DNA of 51,081 nt from the NCBI GenBank assembly GCA_005222975.1, contig NJBI01000022.1, forward strand, positions 1 through 51,081. The letters run 5' to 3'. The notes below the pieces were generated by a model. The model was not told the DNA's origin, ran no database searches, and was given only the letters and a program-made list of their open reading frames with translations. Every line of letters starts with the position of its first letter. The stretch's first letter is position 1. The translations under genes were made by a program, and so were the position numbers. Below, in pieces: positions 10,643 through 20,102 of this stretch. This DNA comes from Promethearchaeota archaeon Loki_b31. GTDB lineage: Archaea > Asgardarchaeota > Lokiarchaeia > Sigyniarchaeales > SOKP01.

Positions 10643-10704
10643 GTAGAAGGGTCAGAGGGCTAAAAACAGAGTAAAGAAGAATATTAGGAGTTTGACCCTT
10701 CTAC
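10643..10704. other. intergenic inverted repeat (12-bp perfect stem)
   Basis: GTAGAAGGGTCA (10643-10654) / TGACCCTTCTAC (10693-10704). Confidence 0.75.
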
Positions 10705-10936
10705 TTATTATAGATTAGGATTTTGTATAATATCATTTATTTTTATTGTAGGAAGTGATAGAGTGTATTTACTACAAAGAAATTGATATTATATATTTGA
10801 AGCTTTGTTAGGTGTGGTAGACTGATGCTCAATAGACAGCGCTATGATATTTTAACGCGATTAGTTATGATTAAAACCAATATCTCATTTAGCCTACTTA
10901 TTATTGATATAATACAAATTCTTTAAATTAATGATA

Positions 10937-11536
10937 TTATTGAAATAGGTTATATGGTAAATTTTTTGTTAAAATATTTACTCCCAATCTTGTTTTTTTT
11001 ACTCCTTTATAATCATTCTTATAATTTTTAATATTGCTATTAAGAATTTCCACGGCATTTTGCGCATTCTCTGCTTCAAATATCTTATCAAGCCTTCTTT
11101 TATCCAAGCGCATGGATTTAAGATTACCACTCCATCCATCAAAATCTATTGCGATTATCATTTTATTCATTTGCCAAGCTAAAGCGATCTCGCTTAATGT
11201 CCCAGATCCTCCACCTATTGCTATAATAGCATCACACATACTAACCAAAATTACATTTCGAGCTAATCAAAGACCTGTCGGAATAATTATGTCCGCTTTA
11301 TAATTACTAGAGGATTTATTATAGTCTGGTAAGACCCCAATTGTCATACCTTTTTTGTATTTTTTGGAAGATTTAGCACCTAAAATTGATGCTTCCATAA
11401 CACCTCCCATTCCACCATTCGCCAAACAATATTCATTATCAATAAGAAGTTCTCCAACTTCAAAGGCACATTTCCATTTGATATTATCTTTGGTAAGATG
11501 TGCATCTCCAATGACTCCAATAATAATTTCAAGCAT
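10937..11536 (-). pseudogene. LOG/TIGR00725-family Rossmann-fold protein with an in-frame TGA
   Basis: IGVIG, NGGMGGVMEA, TIGVLP, PTGL*LARN, AIGGGSGTLSEIALA; both track ORFs are in one frame, separated by TGA at 11267-11269. Confidence 0.85.
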
Positions 11537-12377
11537 CCTTCAATTTCCTCAATATTTTTGCTATATTCCTATTAATACAATATCTTCCAATTTTATATGG
11601 GTTATTTGGTGCATGGTTTATTGATAATCCAAATTTATATCCTGAATCTTTACATATCTGCCAGACATCCTTGTTACTTTTTCCTTCTGGATAGCAAAAA
11701 ATATCAATCGGTTTAATACCCAAGTTTTCTAAATGTTTTTTGGAATTTAATACCTCCCTTTTTGAACTCTTTTTATGGTACCTTAGATCCCGATGATATA
11801 CTCCGTGGCTAATAATATTAAACAATTTTGACAATTCAATAACCTCCTTTTGGTTTAAAAATTGATTTTTCAAAATTTCAAAATTATATTTAAAAGAATT
11901 TTTAATCTCCTCAATTTCACTTATATTCATCTTAATATATATTTTTTTTAATAAATCAAGATTACAATTCTTTTGATTATTAATAGATAAATAACTACAT
12001 AGCTCTTCAATGGAATTATTTTTAATTATATTATAGATTAAGTCCATCCCAGAAAATTCATGTAAAAAGGAGTTCCCTATATTAATTGCGAAAGAGCAAT
12101 TCTCTTTTTTAAGTCCAACACTTCTGTATTCTTTTTTTAATATTTTTGCTACAGTTAAATGTTCTTTATAACCATCATCAAAAGTGATATGTAAATTTTT
12201 TCTAGTATCAATTGACTCCGTTATGGTCCCAAATGAAAATTTCGATTTGATTATCTCATTGATTAGTTCAATTAGTTTATCTATTTTAATTACCATATTT
12301 CTTTGATAATATAAGTTATCGATTGAGGAGTCATCGCACTCAACTCTATGAATCATTATTATAAGTGGCTTTTTCAT
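11529..12377 (-). CDS. polysaccharide deacetylase (NodB/CE4-like)
   Basis: IMIHRV, ITFDDGY, SHGVYH, FCYPEG; overlaps the start of the LOG gene. Confidence 0.88.
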   Translation of the reverse strand: MKKPLIIMIHRVECDDSSIDNLYYQRNMVIKIDKLIELINEIIKSKFSFGTITESIDTRKNLHITFDDGYKEHLTVAKILKKEYRSVGLKKENCSFAINIGNSFLHEFSGMDLIYNIIKNNSIEELCSYLSINNQKNCNLDLLKKIYIKMNISEIEEIKNSFKYNFEILKNQFLNQKEVIELSKLFNIISHGVYHRDLRYHKKSSKREVLNSKKHLENLGIKPIDIFCYPEGKSNKDVWQICKDSGYKFGLSINHAPNNPYKIGRYCINRNIAKILRKLKDA

Positions 12378-12582
12378 ATGAAACCTTCATCAATTTTGTA
12401 TATATTCTTTTTTATTTGATTCTGAATATAACCTTTATCTTCTGATTTAATCACAACTAGTTATTTGTTAAATAACAGATTTTCTTCATCGATTTTTTAC
12501 CAAGATTACTGATTTTAACTTAAAAAACAATATCCAGATTTCCCAAAATTAGAAAATATTTTTATATGAGTAAACAGAAATA

Positions 12583-13176
12583 GTGATTATGGAAGAGCCA
12601 AAAGAGACGGATACTGAGCTTGAGGAATCACCCGATGCAGTCCCGCAAGACTTCAATCGCGACGATTTCTTGATAGAGGTTGAGGAGAACAAGGATGGAA
12701 TACCAACTTTTATGGTAAAATCAGAGGAATTCTCTCAAAAGATAAGAGATGCTATAAAGAACGCGACTAATTATTTTAAATTCAAGTTTAAGAAGATTTT
12801 CAGTAAGAAGTATCAAGAGGAACGGCAGTATAACTTATCAATAAAGAATTATTGTCAAAACAAAAAATTAGAAAAGCAATTAAAACGACTTGAAGATTCG
12901 CTGCAAAAAACTCACGAGCTAACAAGCTAAATTAAGGAGGATACATCGAAAATCATTTTGGATATAGAATGGGTAGTTATTTTGGTACAGCGTCAAATGG
13001 ATAGGATTGAAGATGTAGAATCTTATATGAAGGAGAATTTAGGTTCGGATTGGGGTAAACTTAAACATCAATGGCAGGAATATAAAACAGGGGAGATATC
13101 GAGGGGTGAATTTACTAAGGAAGCGTTAAAAAAATTAGGAAAGAAATTTCTAGGAATTTTTGTAAATATGTCGTAA
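12583..13176 (+). pseudogene. hypothetical protein split by an in-frame TAA
   Basis: ORFs 12583-12930 and 12958-13176 share a frame: ...HELTS*IKEDTSKIILDIEWVV... Confidence 0.55.
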
Positions 13177-13320
13177 ATTGGAGTTAATCTTTAATGAATT
13201 TATACTACCAGTTTTAAAAATAATCTATATATGATATTTCTGTATTTTTTTAGATTAAATTAAAGAGGGGAATGTTCAACATTTCTATATGATTAAAAAT
13301 TATAAACCAGGATAAATTAA

Positions 13321-14679
13321 TTGATCTATGAGGGAATGAGTACGATGAAAGAAAATGTGAGAAGAGTAAAAATTAGAGATGTATATAGGGGAGATGCGGG
13401 GAGAGGTAGGATTCGAATTGATCCGCGTATAATAAAAGAGTTGAATCTTAAAACGGGTGATGCTATTGGAATTAGTAATCCAGCAACAAATAAAACAACA
13501 GCAGCATTGTTATATCCGGGAAAAGACGAAGATAAAAGTTCAAATGCGATTAGGATCGATTCTTCAATACGGCGCAATTTGGATGCCACATTAGATGATT
13601 TTGTTGAAATTCAGAAAATACAGCATAGTCCTGCTGAAAGGGTAACATTTGCGGGAGTAGAGGAGTCTGTAATCATACGAGATCCAAACCGTTTAGTGAG
13701 GATGTTAGAAAATCGTCTTATTACTAAGGGTGATATTTTAAGTTTCAATGCGATGGGTAGAAGGATTGATTTTATAGTTGTTGATTATGCACCGTTGGCA
13801 GATGCAGTACGAGTCCATTTAGAAACGAAGATCACAATTTCTGAAAAGACCTATAAAGAGTTAGAGGAATTAGAAAGTAAAAGAGTCACTTTTGAAGATG
13901 TTGGTGGCTTAGAAGAAGAAATTCAAATGCTAAGAGAAATTATACTGATGCCTATAAATCACCCCGAAATATTTCAGAGGTTAAATATAAAACCCCTTAA
14001 TGGTGTTTTATTATATAGTAATCCCGGAGTTGGAAAGACATTATTAGTTGAAGCATTAATTAATGAAGCAAACGTACATTCTGTTACTATTGAAGGTCCA
14101 GAGATTTTTAATAAATTTGAGGGGGAGAGTGAAAACAATCTTCGTGCTATATTCAAAGAGGCAGAATCAAAGGCACCTTCAATAATCTTTATTAATAGAA
14201 TAAGCGCAATTGCTCCAAAAAGTGAGGATCCTTCTAGTAATTTGAAAAAAAGAATTGTAGATCAACTCCTAATCTTATTAGATGGAATTAACAAAAAAGG
14301 AGATATTGTTGTTATAGCCGAAACGAATGATGTAAAAGGTATACATGAAGCATTGATACGATCTGGAAGGTTTGATAGAGAGATCGAAATTAAACCTCCT
14401 GATACGAAGGGAAGATTAGAAATATTAAGAATTCATACACGGGGAATGCCTTTGAATGAAGATGTTGATCTTGGCGTAATAGCGGAAAAAACTCAAGGTC
14501 TTGTCGGAGTGGATCTTGAGTTATTGGTTAAGGAAGTGGCAATGTTAGCAATGAGAGAAATTTTACCACATATCGAAGACGACAAACCAGTTCCCCCAAA
14601 AGTTTTATCATCACTTCAAATTAAAATGGAACATTTTCTTGCTGCGTTAAATAAAATTAATCCTATTGATTCAAACTAA
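13321..14679 (+). CDS. Cdc48/p97/VAT-like protein, N domain plus a single degenerate AAA module
   Basis: DAGRGRIRID and GDAI (double-psi barrel), VTFEDVGGL, SNPGVGKT, IIFINRI in place of IFIDEI, SGRFDREIEI, IHTRGMPL; no D2. True start may be ATG 13336 or 13345. Confidence 0.88.
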   Translation: MIYEGMSTMKENVRRVKIRDVYRGDAGRGRIRIDPRIIKELNLKTGDAIGISNPATNKTTAALLYPGKDEDKSSNAIRIDSSIRRNLDATLDDFVEIQKIQHSPAERVTFAGVEESVIIRDPNRLVRMLENRLITKGDILSFNAMGRRIDFIVVDYAPLADAVRVHLETKITISEKTYKELEELESKRVTFEDVGGLEEEIQMLREIILMPINHPEIFQRLNIKPLNGVLLYSNPGVGKTLLVEALINEANVHSVTIEGPEIFNKFEGESENNLRAIFKEAESKAPSIIFINRISAIAPKSEDPSSNLKKRIVDQLLILLDGINKKGDIVVIAETNDVKGIHEALIRSGRFDREIEIKPPDTKGRLEILRIHTRGMPLNEDVDLGVIAEKTQGLVGVDLELLVKEVAMLAMREILPHIEDDKPVPPKVLSSLQIKMEHFLAALNKINPIDSN

Positions 14680-14977
14680 TTTACCAAATATCAGAAATTA
14701 ATTTTTCCCCAATAATAACTCCATCTATTAACAATAATTATGTTTCTTCCCACATTTTTAACCGTGTTTTCTCATGGTTTTCAACCATAACAGATACCAT
14801 CGCAGAGAATGACTTTTCTAAAATATCAACCTAGTTTGGAGTTATCTCAATATTTATTCCCCATTCATCATTTTCTATTCTTTGCGATATTTTTTATTCC
14901 CTTATTATATGTTTGATTTTCCAGTTTGTAAACGTAATTGCAAGCATCTTAATTTTAAAATCACTGTTAAAATTTAA

Positions 14978-15004
14978 AATTGGGGGATCTACTATCCCCC
15001 AATT
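14978..15004. terminator. perfect 11-bp hairpin between convergent genes
   Basis: AATTGGGGGAT-ctact-ATCCCCCAATT; terminator function is inferred from position only. Confidence 0.5.
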
Positions 15005-15111
15005 AATCGTAGAATGACGTTTGGTTTGCTGTTTAATTTATTTTGGGTCTTTTTTAAACCAATTCTCTTATAATTTTAATTAGATTATCAACTGAAAGGG
15101 GTTTTTTCAAT

Positions 15112-15555
15112 CTATAGTAAGATTCCTAATTTCAATGCATTTTTTTTACTTAAGAAAGGCAGTATATTATTAGATTCCTCGTTTGATGGAATTAGGTTAT
15201 TACATATATTATTAATTTTATTTAGAAAGATTTTAAGACTAAAAGGTTTATCGATGAAGTCTAAAGCACCCATGGAGATTACTTCTTCTTTTACATTTGA
15301 ATCTCCACTACAAATAATCAATTTAGCATTTTTATCGAGTTCTAGGATTTCTTCTGCAGCCTCTTTACCATCTTTCACAGGCATGTGATAATCCATTATA
15401 ATTAAATCCGGTTTTATCTTAAAATTTCTAAATTTTGAAACCGCATCTTCCCCATTTCGAGCCATTGCCATTATCTCGAATCCACATATATTTGGAATTT
15501 TTTGGTACAATTTTAAAGTAGAACAATCATCATCAACTATAAAAATTCTTACCAT
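15112..15555 (-). CDS. CheY-like single-domain response regulator
   Basis: IFIVDDD, PDLIIMDYHMPVKDG (phospho-Asp), ICSG, DFIDKPF. Confidence 0.92.
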   Translation of the reverse strand: MVRIFIVDDDCSTLKLYQKIPNICGFEIMAMARNGEDAVSKFRNFKIKPDLIIMDYHMPVKDGKEAAEEILELDKNAKLIICSGDSNVKEEVISMGALDFIDKPFSLKIFLNKINNICNNLIPSNEESNNILPFLSKKNALKLGILL

Positions 15556-15603
15556 CTTTTCTTATCCCTGTTCTTTATTTTTATTAAAAATATTAAAAAA
15601 AAT

Positions 15604-15978
15604 TTAGTTTTCAAGCGATATTCGCGTATTATTTTTGCTTAACTCGTTATATTTATTTATTCCATTATAGTTTACTAATATACTTTTTAATTCCTCACCC
15701 ATAGTTCCTAATTTATGAGCTGTTGCGCTGATCTCTTCCATAGAGGTATTCTGTTCTTCAGTGGAAGCGCTAATTCCTTCCATTGAAGATGCTGTAATTT
15801 GTATACTCTCAATGATACCCTTAATTATTCCACCAGTATTGCTAACTTCTCGTTTTGAGTCCTCTGCTAGTCTTCGAACATTATCTGCAACGACAGCAAA
15901 ACCTCTCCCATATTCTCCCGCCCTTCCTGCTTCAATACTTGCATTAAGAGCTAATAGATTTGTTTGTTCTGAAATATC
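15604..15978 (-). pseudogene. methyl-accepting chemotaxis protein signalling-domain fragment (not in ORF track)
   Basis: Minus strand reads [42 protein letters not shown]...[18 protein letters not shown]...*; there is an in-frame TAA at 15997-15999 upstream and no start codon before the domain. Confidence 0.9.
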
Positions 15979-16154
15979 AAGATAAAAGCAGTTATATTAG
16001 CCTCTTTGTTTATTGGAATAGTACTTAGCACCATATTTCTAATTAGACTATTTATTTTTGCTTGTTTTGTCCCATCATATAGTTTTGCTTGTACCTCGTT
16101 GATTACTAATTTTTTTCCTAAAAATGAATAAAATTTATATAAAAATGTCATAAT

Positions 16155-17300
16155 ATGTTATTTGATATTAATTTTAAAATATTCAAAATTACTAGAGGGG
16201 TTTCTATTAAAATGTTGGAATCTAATTCGAATGTGCCAAAATCTATTGAAAAATTAATGGCAGTATATGAAAAATATGAAACAAAAACTAGAAAGAAAAA
16301 GTTTTGGACAGATCCAATTACATCTTTTCATGAGGACTATTTCTATACCAAATACAAAACAAAACACTACAAACTTTCTAAATTACTTTTAATTATGAGC
16401 ATTTTACTATACGCATTGTATTTTGTGGGCTTCTTTATTGAAGCATATGTACTTAATATTCCCGGACGTAGTGGTGAATTAATTTACCGTATAATTCTTT
16501 TTGCTATACCGTTAGGATTCATTCTCCTTCTTATCTTTTTAATTGTGAAAGACTTAAACAAATGGAACTGGGTCTCTTATGCTATTTGGACTTCTATCTT
16601 ATTAGCAGCTATATTAACTGGTGTTACATTTTTTAGAACATTTATAGGACAGGAAAAAATGAGTTTTAGCACAATTTATACCGCCGCAGGAATAGGATGG
16701 GCTCCAGCTTGCATAGTATTTTATGTTACATATAAACATCATAAATATATTACTGATTATGGGGGGATACATCTATTTCTCGGATGGATTTACAGAATCA
16801 GCAAAAATCACGGAGATTTTAGAGCTCTAAGAACCTCTTTTGAAAAATTCTTAATTGATTTTGATAGCTGGCTTAACAACACTTTAGGATTGATAATAAG
16901 AGAGAGATGGCGGATTTCAGAAGGATTTTCTCTAAATGCTATTTCCAATGAAAAATTTGTCGATAACATTAGCATAAATTATAGGACTGAAATCGAAAAT
17001 GCGGTCTCAGGATTATTGGTAGAGGATATTTTGAAGACTAAACTCTTTGAAAGTATTCACGAATCAGAAAGAAAAATCTCAAAACTTAGTAGATTCAATT
17101 TAAGAACTCTTAGTTATGAACTCGCATTGGATCAACTTCCCAAGATTGTTGACCTCATTAAAAAACTCTCATCAAAAGATTTGGAAGTACGATACTACTC
17201 TTTTAAACAAAAATTTAACAAATATAAATCAAAACTCTTTGCCTTCTTTGTCTTCTTCGTTGGTACTCTACTCCCGATTGTACTTCCACTATTTGGTTAA
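16155..17300 (+). CDS. hypothetical membrane protein
   Basis: 381-aa ORF with four N-terminal TM segments, a soluble region and a C-terminal TM. Confidence 0.7.
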   Translation: MLFDINFKIFKITRGVSIKMLESNSNVPKSIEKLMAVYEKYETKTRKKKFWTDPITSFHEDYFYTKYKTKHYKLSKLLLIMSILLYALYFVGFFIEAYVLNIPGRSGELIYRIILFAIPLGFILLLIFLIVKDLNKWNWVSYAIWTSILLAAILTGVTFFRTFIGQEKMSFSTIYTAAGIGWAPACIVFYVTYKHHKYITDYGGIHLFLGWIYRISKNHGDFRALRTSFEKFLIDFDSWLNNTLGLIIRERWRISEGFSLNAISNEKFVDNISINYRTEIENAVSGLLVEDILKTKLFESIHESERKISKLSRFNLRTLSYELALDQLPKIVDLIKKLSSKDLEVRYYSFKQKFNKYKSKLFAFFVFFVGTLLPIVLPLFG

Positions 17301-17666
17301 AAAAAATTTTTTTTTCTCTTTTTTTATTGTTTAGATTAACTAAAAATGGTAGTTATATAATTATAAAGACCTTGTACCAAACCTAAAATTAGAGTAAAAA
17401 AAGCTAATTTTATGGTCTTTGAAGCTTATAAAAACAAATTATTTTCACCAATAAACTAAGAGTAAGTTATAGGGCTTACTTATGTTTATAACCCGTATTG
17501 AATTTTTTTACCAGAATTTTTCCAGTATTTTATTTAAAACTAATATTATCTTTATATGTAAGAACTCCTAATTTTATGATTTTTAATATGATTTCTTCTG
17601 AAATTTTATATAGAAGAGAGATGATTATTTTATTATAAAATCATTGAGAGAAGCATCACTAAACCT

Positions 17667-18470
17667 ATGACAAAATTCCTTAGCGAGCCCAGTCCAAATG
17701 CCACAGATGGAGAAAAAAGTTTTATTACCGAGTAGAACAAGTTTTTCTCAATGAAAATCATCTGATTGGGTATTTTGAACCATGTATCGGCGATTATCAT
17801 CCTGATTTTGTATTAATCTCTCCGAAGTTTGGAGTAGTCATAGCCGAAATTAAAGATTACTCCGGGAAATACCTTAAGACAATAACAAAAGCAGGCTAAT
17901 GGGAACGGTTGAAAGATAATAATCCAATACCTCTTGAAAATCCATTTGATCAAGTGTATCAATATTGGCGGGCAGTAAAAGATCGGATTGCTCCCTGTCA
18001 TTTTCCAGAAAATTTTAATGTTCCAATCACAAGAATAGTAGCTTTTAGTCAAATACCGGGAGATGATTATATCGCTGAAGAAATTAAGAAGATTGCGCCA
18101 AATAAAATTCATCTTTTATTTAAAGATGCATTGGTGAGGAATAAAAAGTTCAGAGAATTTTGTAATGATATCCTTCCAACAGATTTTAAGATGTCGAAGA
18201 AACAATTTGAAATCCTAAGAGCTAATATTATTCCTTCATGTAGATTACCAACTCCGAAACAAGCAAACCTTTTAAAGTATTTCTCTGCTGAAGATCAAAT
18301 CAAACTCTTGGATCAAGAACAAGAAAAGTCAGCAAGAGAGTTAGGAGAAGGTCATCGATTAATCTTTGGAGTTGCTGGTAGTGGAAAAACAATCCTCTTA
18401 ATAGCTCGTGCTAGAATTTTGGCAAAGCGTCATCCAAATTGGAAAATCCTTATCTTATGCTATAATAAAT
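17667..18470 (+). pseudogene. NERD nuclease plus superfamily-I (UvrD-like) helicase, degraded
   Basis: ATG 17667 MTKFLSEPSPNATDGEK, frameshift in the A-run near 17715, HPDFV...AEIKDY (PD-ExK), in-frame TAA at 17897-17899, Walker A GVAGSGKT, motif Ia ILILCYNK, then truncated. Confidence 0.85.
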
Positions 18471-18657
18471 TCCATTTTTCAAATTCATCGGAGCTTTTGG
18501 GATTTAAAAATACTCTTTCTGGAATAATAAGATCAATTTCTATCTCAGTGAAAGAAATGGGTTTACCTTTATATCCACTTCTCTGATCATAAGCATAATA
18601 GATTGGTTTTCTAAGATAGAGAGGTATTTTATGTTTTGTCAATTGACCATTCACCAT
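18460..18657 (-). pseudogene. N-terminal fragment resembling an HNH endonuclease
   Basis: AYDQRSGYKGKPISFTEIEIDLIIP resembles the A-Y-x-x-x-C-x-Y-C-G...EIDHIIP start of HNH domains, with Cys and His lost. Confidence 0.4.
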
Positions 18658-18989
18658 CGTATATTAAATATGATTTTAATCATAAATATTTTTAATTTTT
18701 TTCCGAGCTTGAATAGTGAAATATAATGTGGATAATTTTATGAGTAATTATTAGTCAGAATTTTCTACCACTAGTTGATATCTTAAAAAGGAGGGAAATA
18801 AGGATTACTCCTTAAAAATAAATCATAATTTTATTCCAACTATAGATTGAGGGCAAAAAATAGTATTTATGAATTTGAGACCTCTTAATCATTATTTACA
18901 TTTTAAAAAAATTAATTAAACATGGAATATTCTTTCTCAATACAAATAGAGAAGAAAATGGAAATTTAGGTAAAAAAGTACAATTTAAA

Positions 18990-19283
18990 ATGAAGGTTTT
19001 GAAAATGTTTTTACAGAGTCAAAGAATGGATATTTTAAAAATTACAATTCCAGAGCAAGAAATTTTAAAAATTTTAAAATTTAAAGAAGGAAATCTAGCA
19101 ATTATTATATCCGGTAAAAATATAGGACAATTAGGAAAAGTTATAAATATATTAAAGCGGTTTGGTCCGAAAGCAAGCACGGTCTCTATACAACATAATT
19201 CTGAACATACAGAAACTCTTTACGATTATACTTTTATTATAGGAGAGGATCAATCTGAAATTAGTTTACCAAAAATAGAATAA
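18990..19283 (+). CDS. rps4e: ribosomal protein eS4, C-terminal (KOW) part only
   Basis: DILKITIPEQEIL, GNLAIIISGKNIGQLGKV, ETLYDYTFIIG; syntenic before uL5; the N-terminal ~150 aa are missing. Confidence 0.85.
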   Translation: MKVLKMFLQSQRMDILKITIPEQEILKILKFKEGNLAIIISGKNIGQLGKVINILKRFGPKASTVSIQHNSEHTETLYDYTFIIGEDQSEISLPKIE

Positions 19284-19304
19284 AATAAAGAAGTGAATTC
19301 AATT

Positions 19305-19910
19305 ATGTCAGTTAAAGCAGCAAAAAAAACTCAGAAAAAATCACGAAAAGAACAAGAAAAAATATTTGAAGAGATGTGGACTCATCCAATGAAGAAACCT
19401 TACTTAGAAAAAGTGGTTCTAAATATTGGAGTAGGTGCTGGGGGTGAAGAATTAGAAAGAGCCTTTATGGTATTACAAACGATCTCTGGTAAAACTCCTG
19501 TAAAAACTCTTTCTAAGAAAAACATAAAAGAATTCGACTTGCGAATAGGACGTCCGATTGGAACGATGGTAACTATACGGAGAAAAGAAGCTGAAAAATT
19601 GCTTAAAAGACTTTTTGTTGTAAATAATGATAAAATGTTAAGAAAAAGTTTCGATAATTATGGCAATTTTGGTTTTGGTATTACTGAACATATCACCATT
19701 CCAGGAATCGAATATGATAACTTGATTGGCATCTGGGGTCTTGATGTTGTTGGTCGAGTAGTTAGACCTGGTATGAGAGTTAAGTACAGAAGAGAAAGTC
19801 GAGCTAAAGTTCCTAAACACCATTATGTTTCTCGAGCGGAAACTCAATATTTTTTAGAAAAAAATTTTGGAATCGAAATAGTAGATAAATTAGAATTAGA
19901 ATATATGTAA
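19305..19910 (+). CDS. rpl5: 50S ribosomal protein uL5
   Basis: HPMKKPYLEKVVLNIGVG, PIGTMVTIR, FDNYGNFGFGITEH. Confidence 0.96.
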   Translation: MSVKAAKKTQKKSRKEQEKIFEEMWTHPMKKPYLEKVVLNIGVGAGGEELERAFMVLQTISGKTPVKTLSKKNIKEFDLRIGRPIGTMVTIRRKEAEKLLKRLFVVNNDKMLRKSFDNYGNFGFGITEHITIPGIEYDNLIGIWGLDVVGRVVRPGMRVKYRRESRAKVPKHHYVSRAETQYFLEKNFGIEIVDKLELEYM

Positions 19911-19933
19911 AGAAAAAAATAATTTTGATAATT

Positions 19934-20080
19934 ATGCCACAAGGTAAGATAGGTAAGGGTCAAAGAGAATGTAGGCGCTGCCATACACATAGAGGAGTTA
20001 TAAGAAGGTATGGTTTATATATATGCCGTCGTTGTTTTTATGAAATTGGAAAAGAAATTGGATTTTATAGGTACGATTAA
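19934..20080 (+). CDS. rps14: 30S ribosomal protein uS14 (zinc-binding; below the ORF track cutoff)
   Basis: MPQGKIGKGQRECRRCHTHRGVIRRYGLYICRRCFYEIGKEIGFYRYD*. Confidence 0.95.
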   Translation: MPQGKIGKGQRECRRCHTHRGVIRRYGLYICRRCFYEIGKEIGFYRYD

Positions 20081-20102
20081 AATTAGGAATGAGGTGTAAA
20101 AA

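Noticed and set aside
10643-10704. SECIS element for the UGA-containing LOG gene
   Set aside because: The minus-strand hairpin lacks the AUGA/GA core and apical AA, and the UGA aligns to a conserved Gly.
15761-15985. 74-aa plus-strand ORF
   Set aside because: Antisense shadow of the MCP signalling domain.
11267-17899. Stop-codon reassignment suggested by in-frame TGA/TAA stops
   Set aside because: Core genes terminate normally with TAA, TAG and TGA; the interrupted genes are confined to the decaying region.
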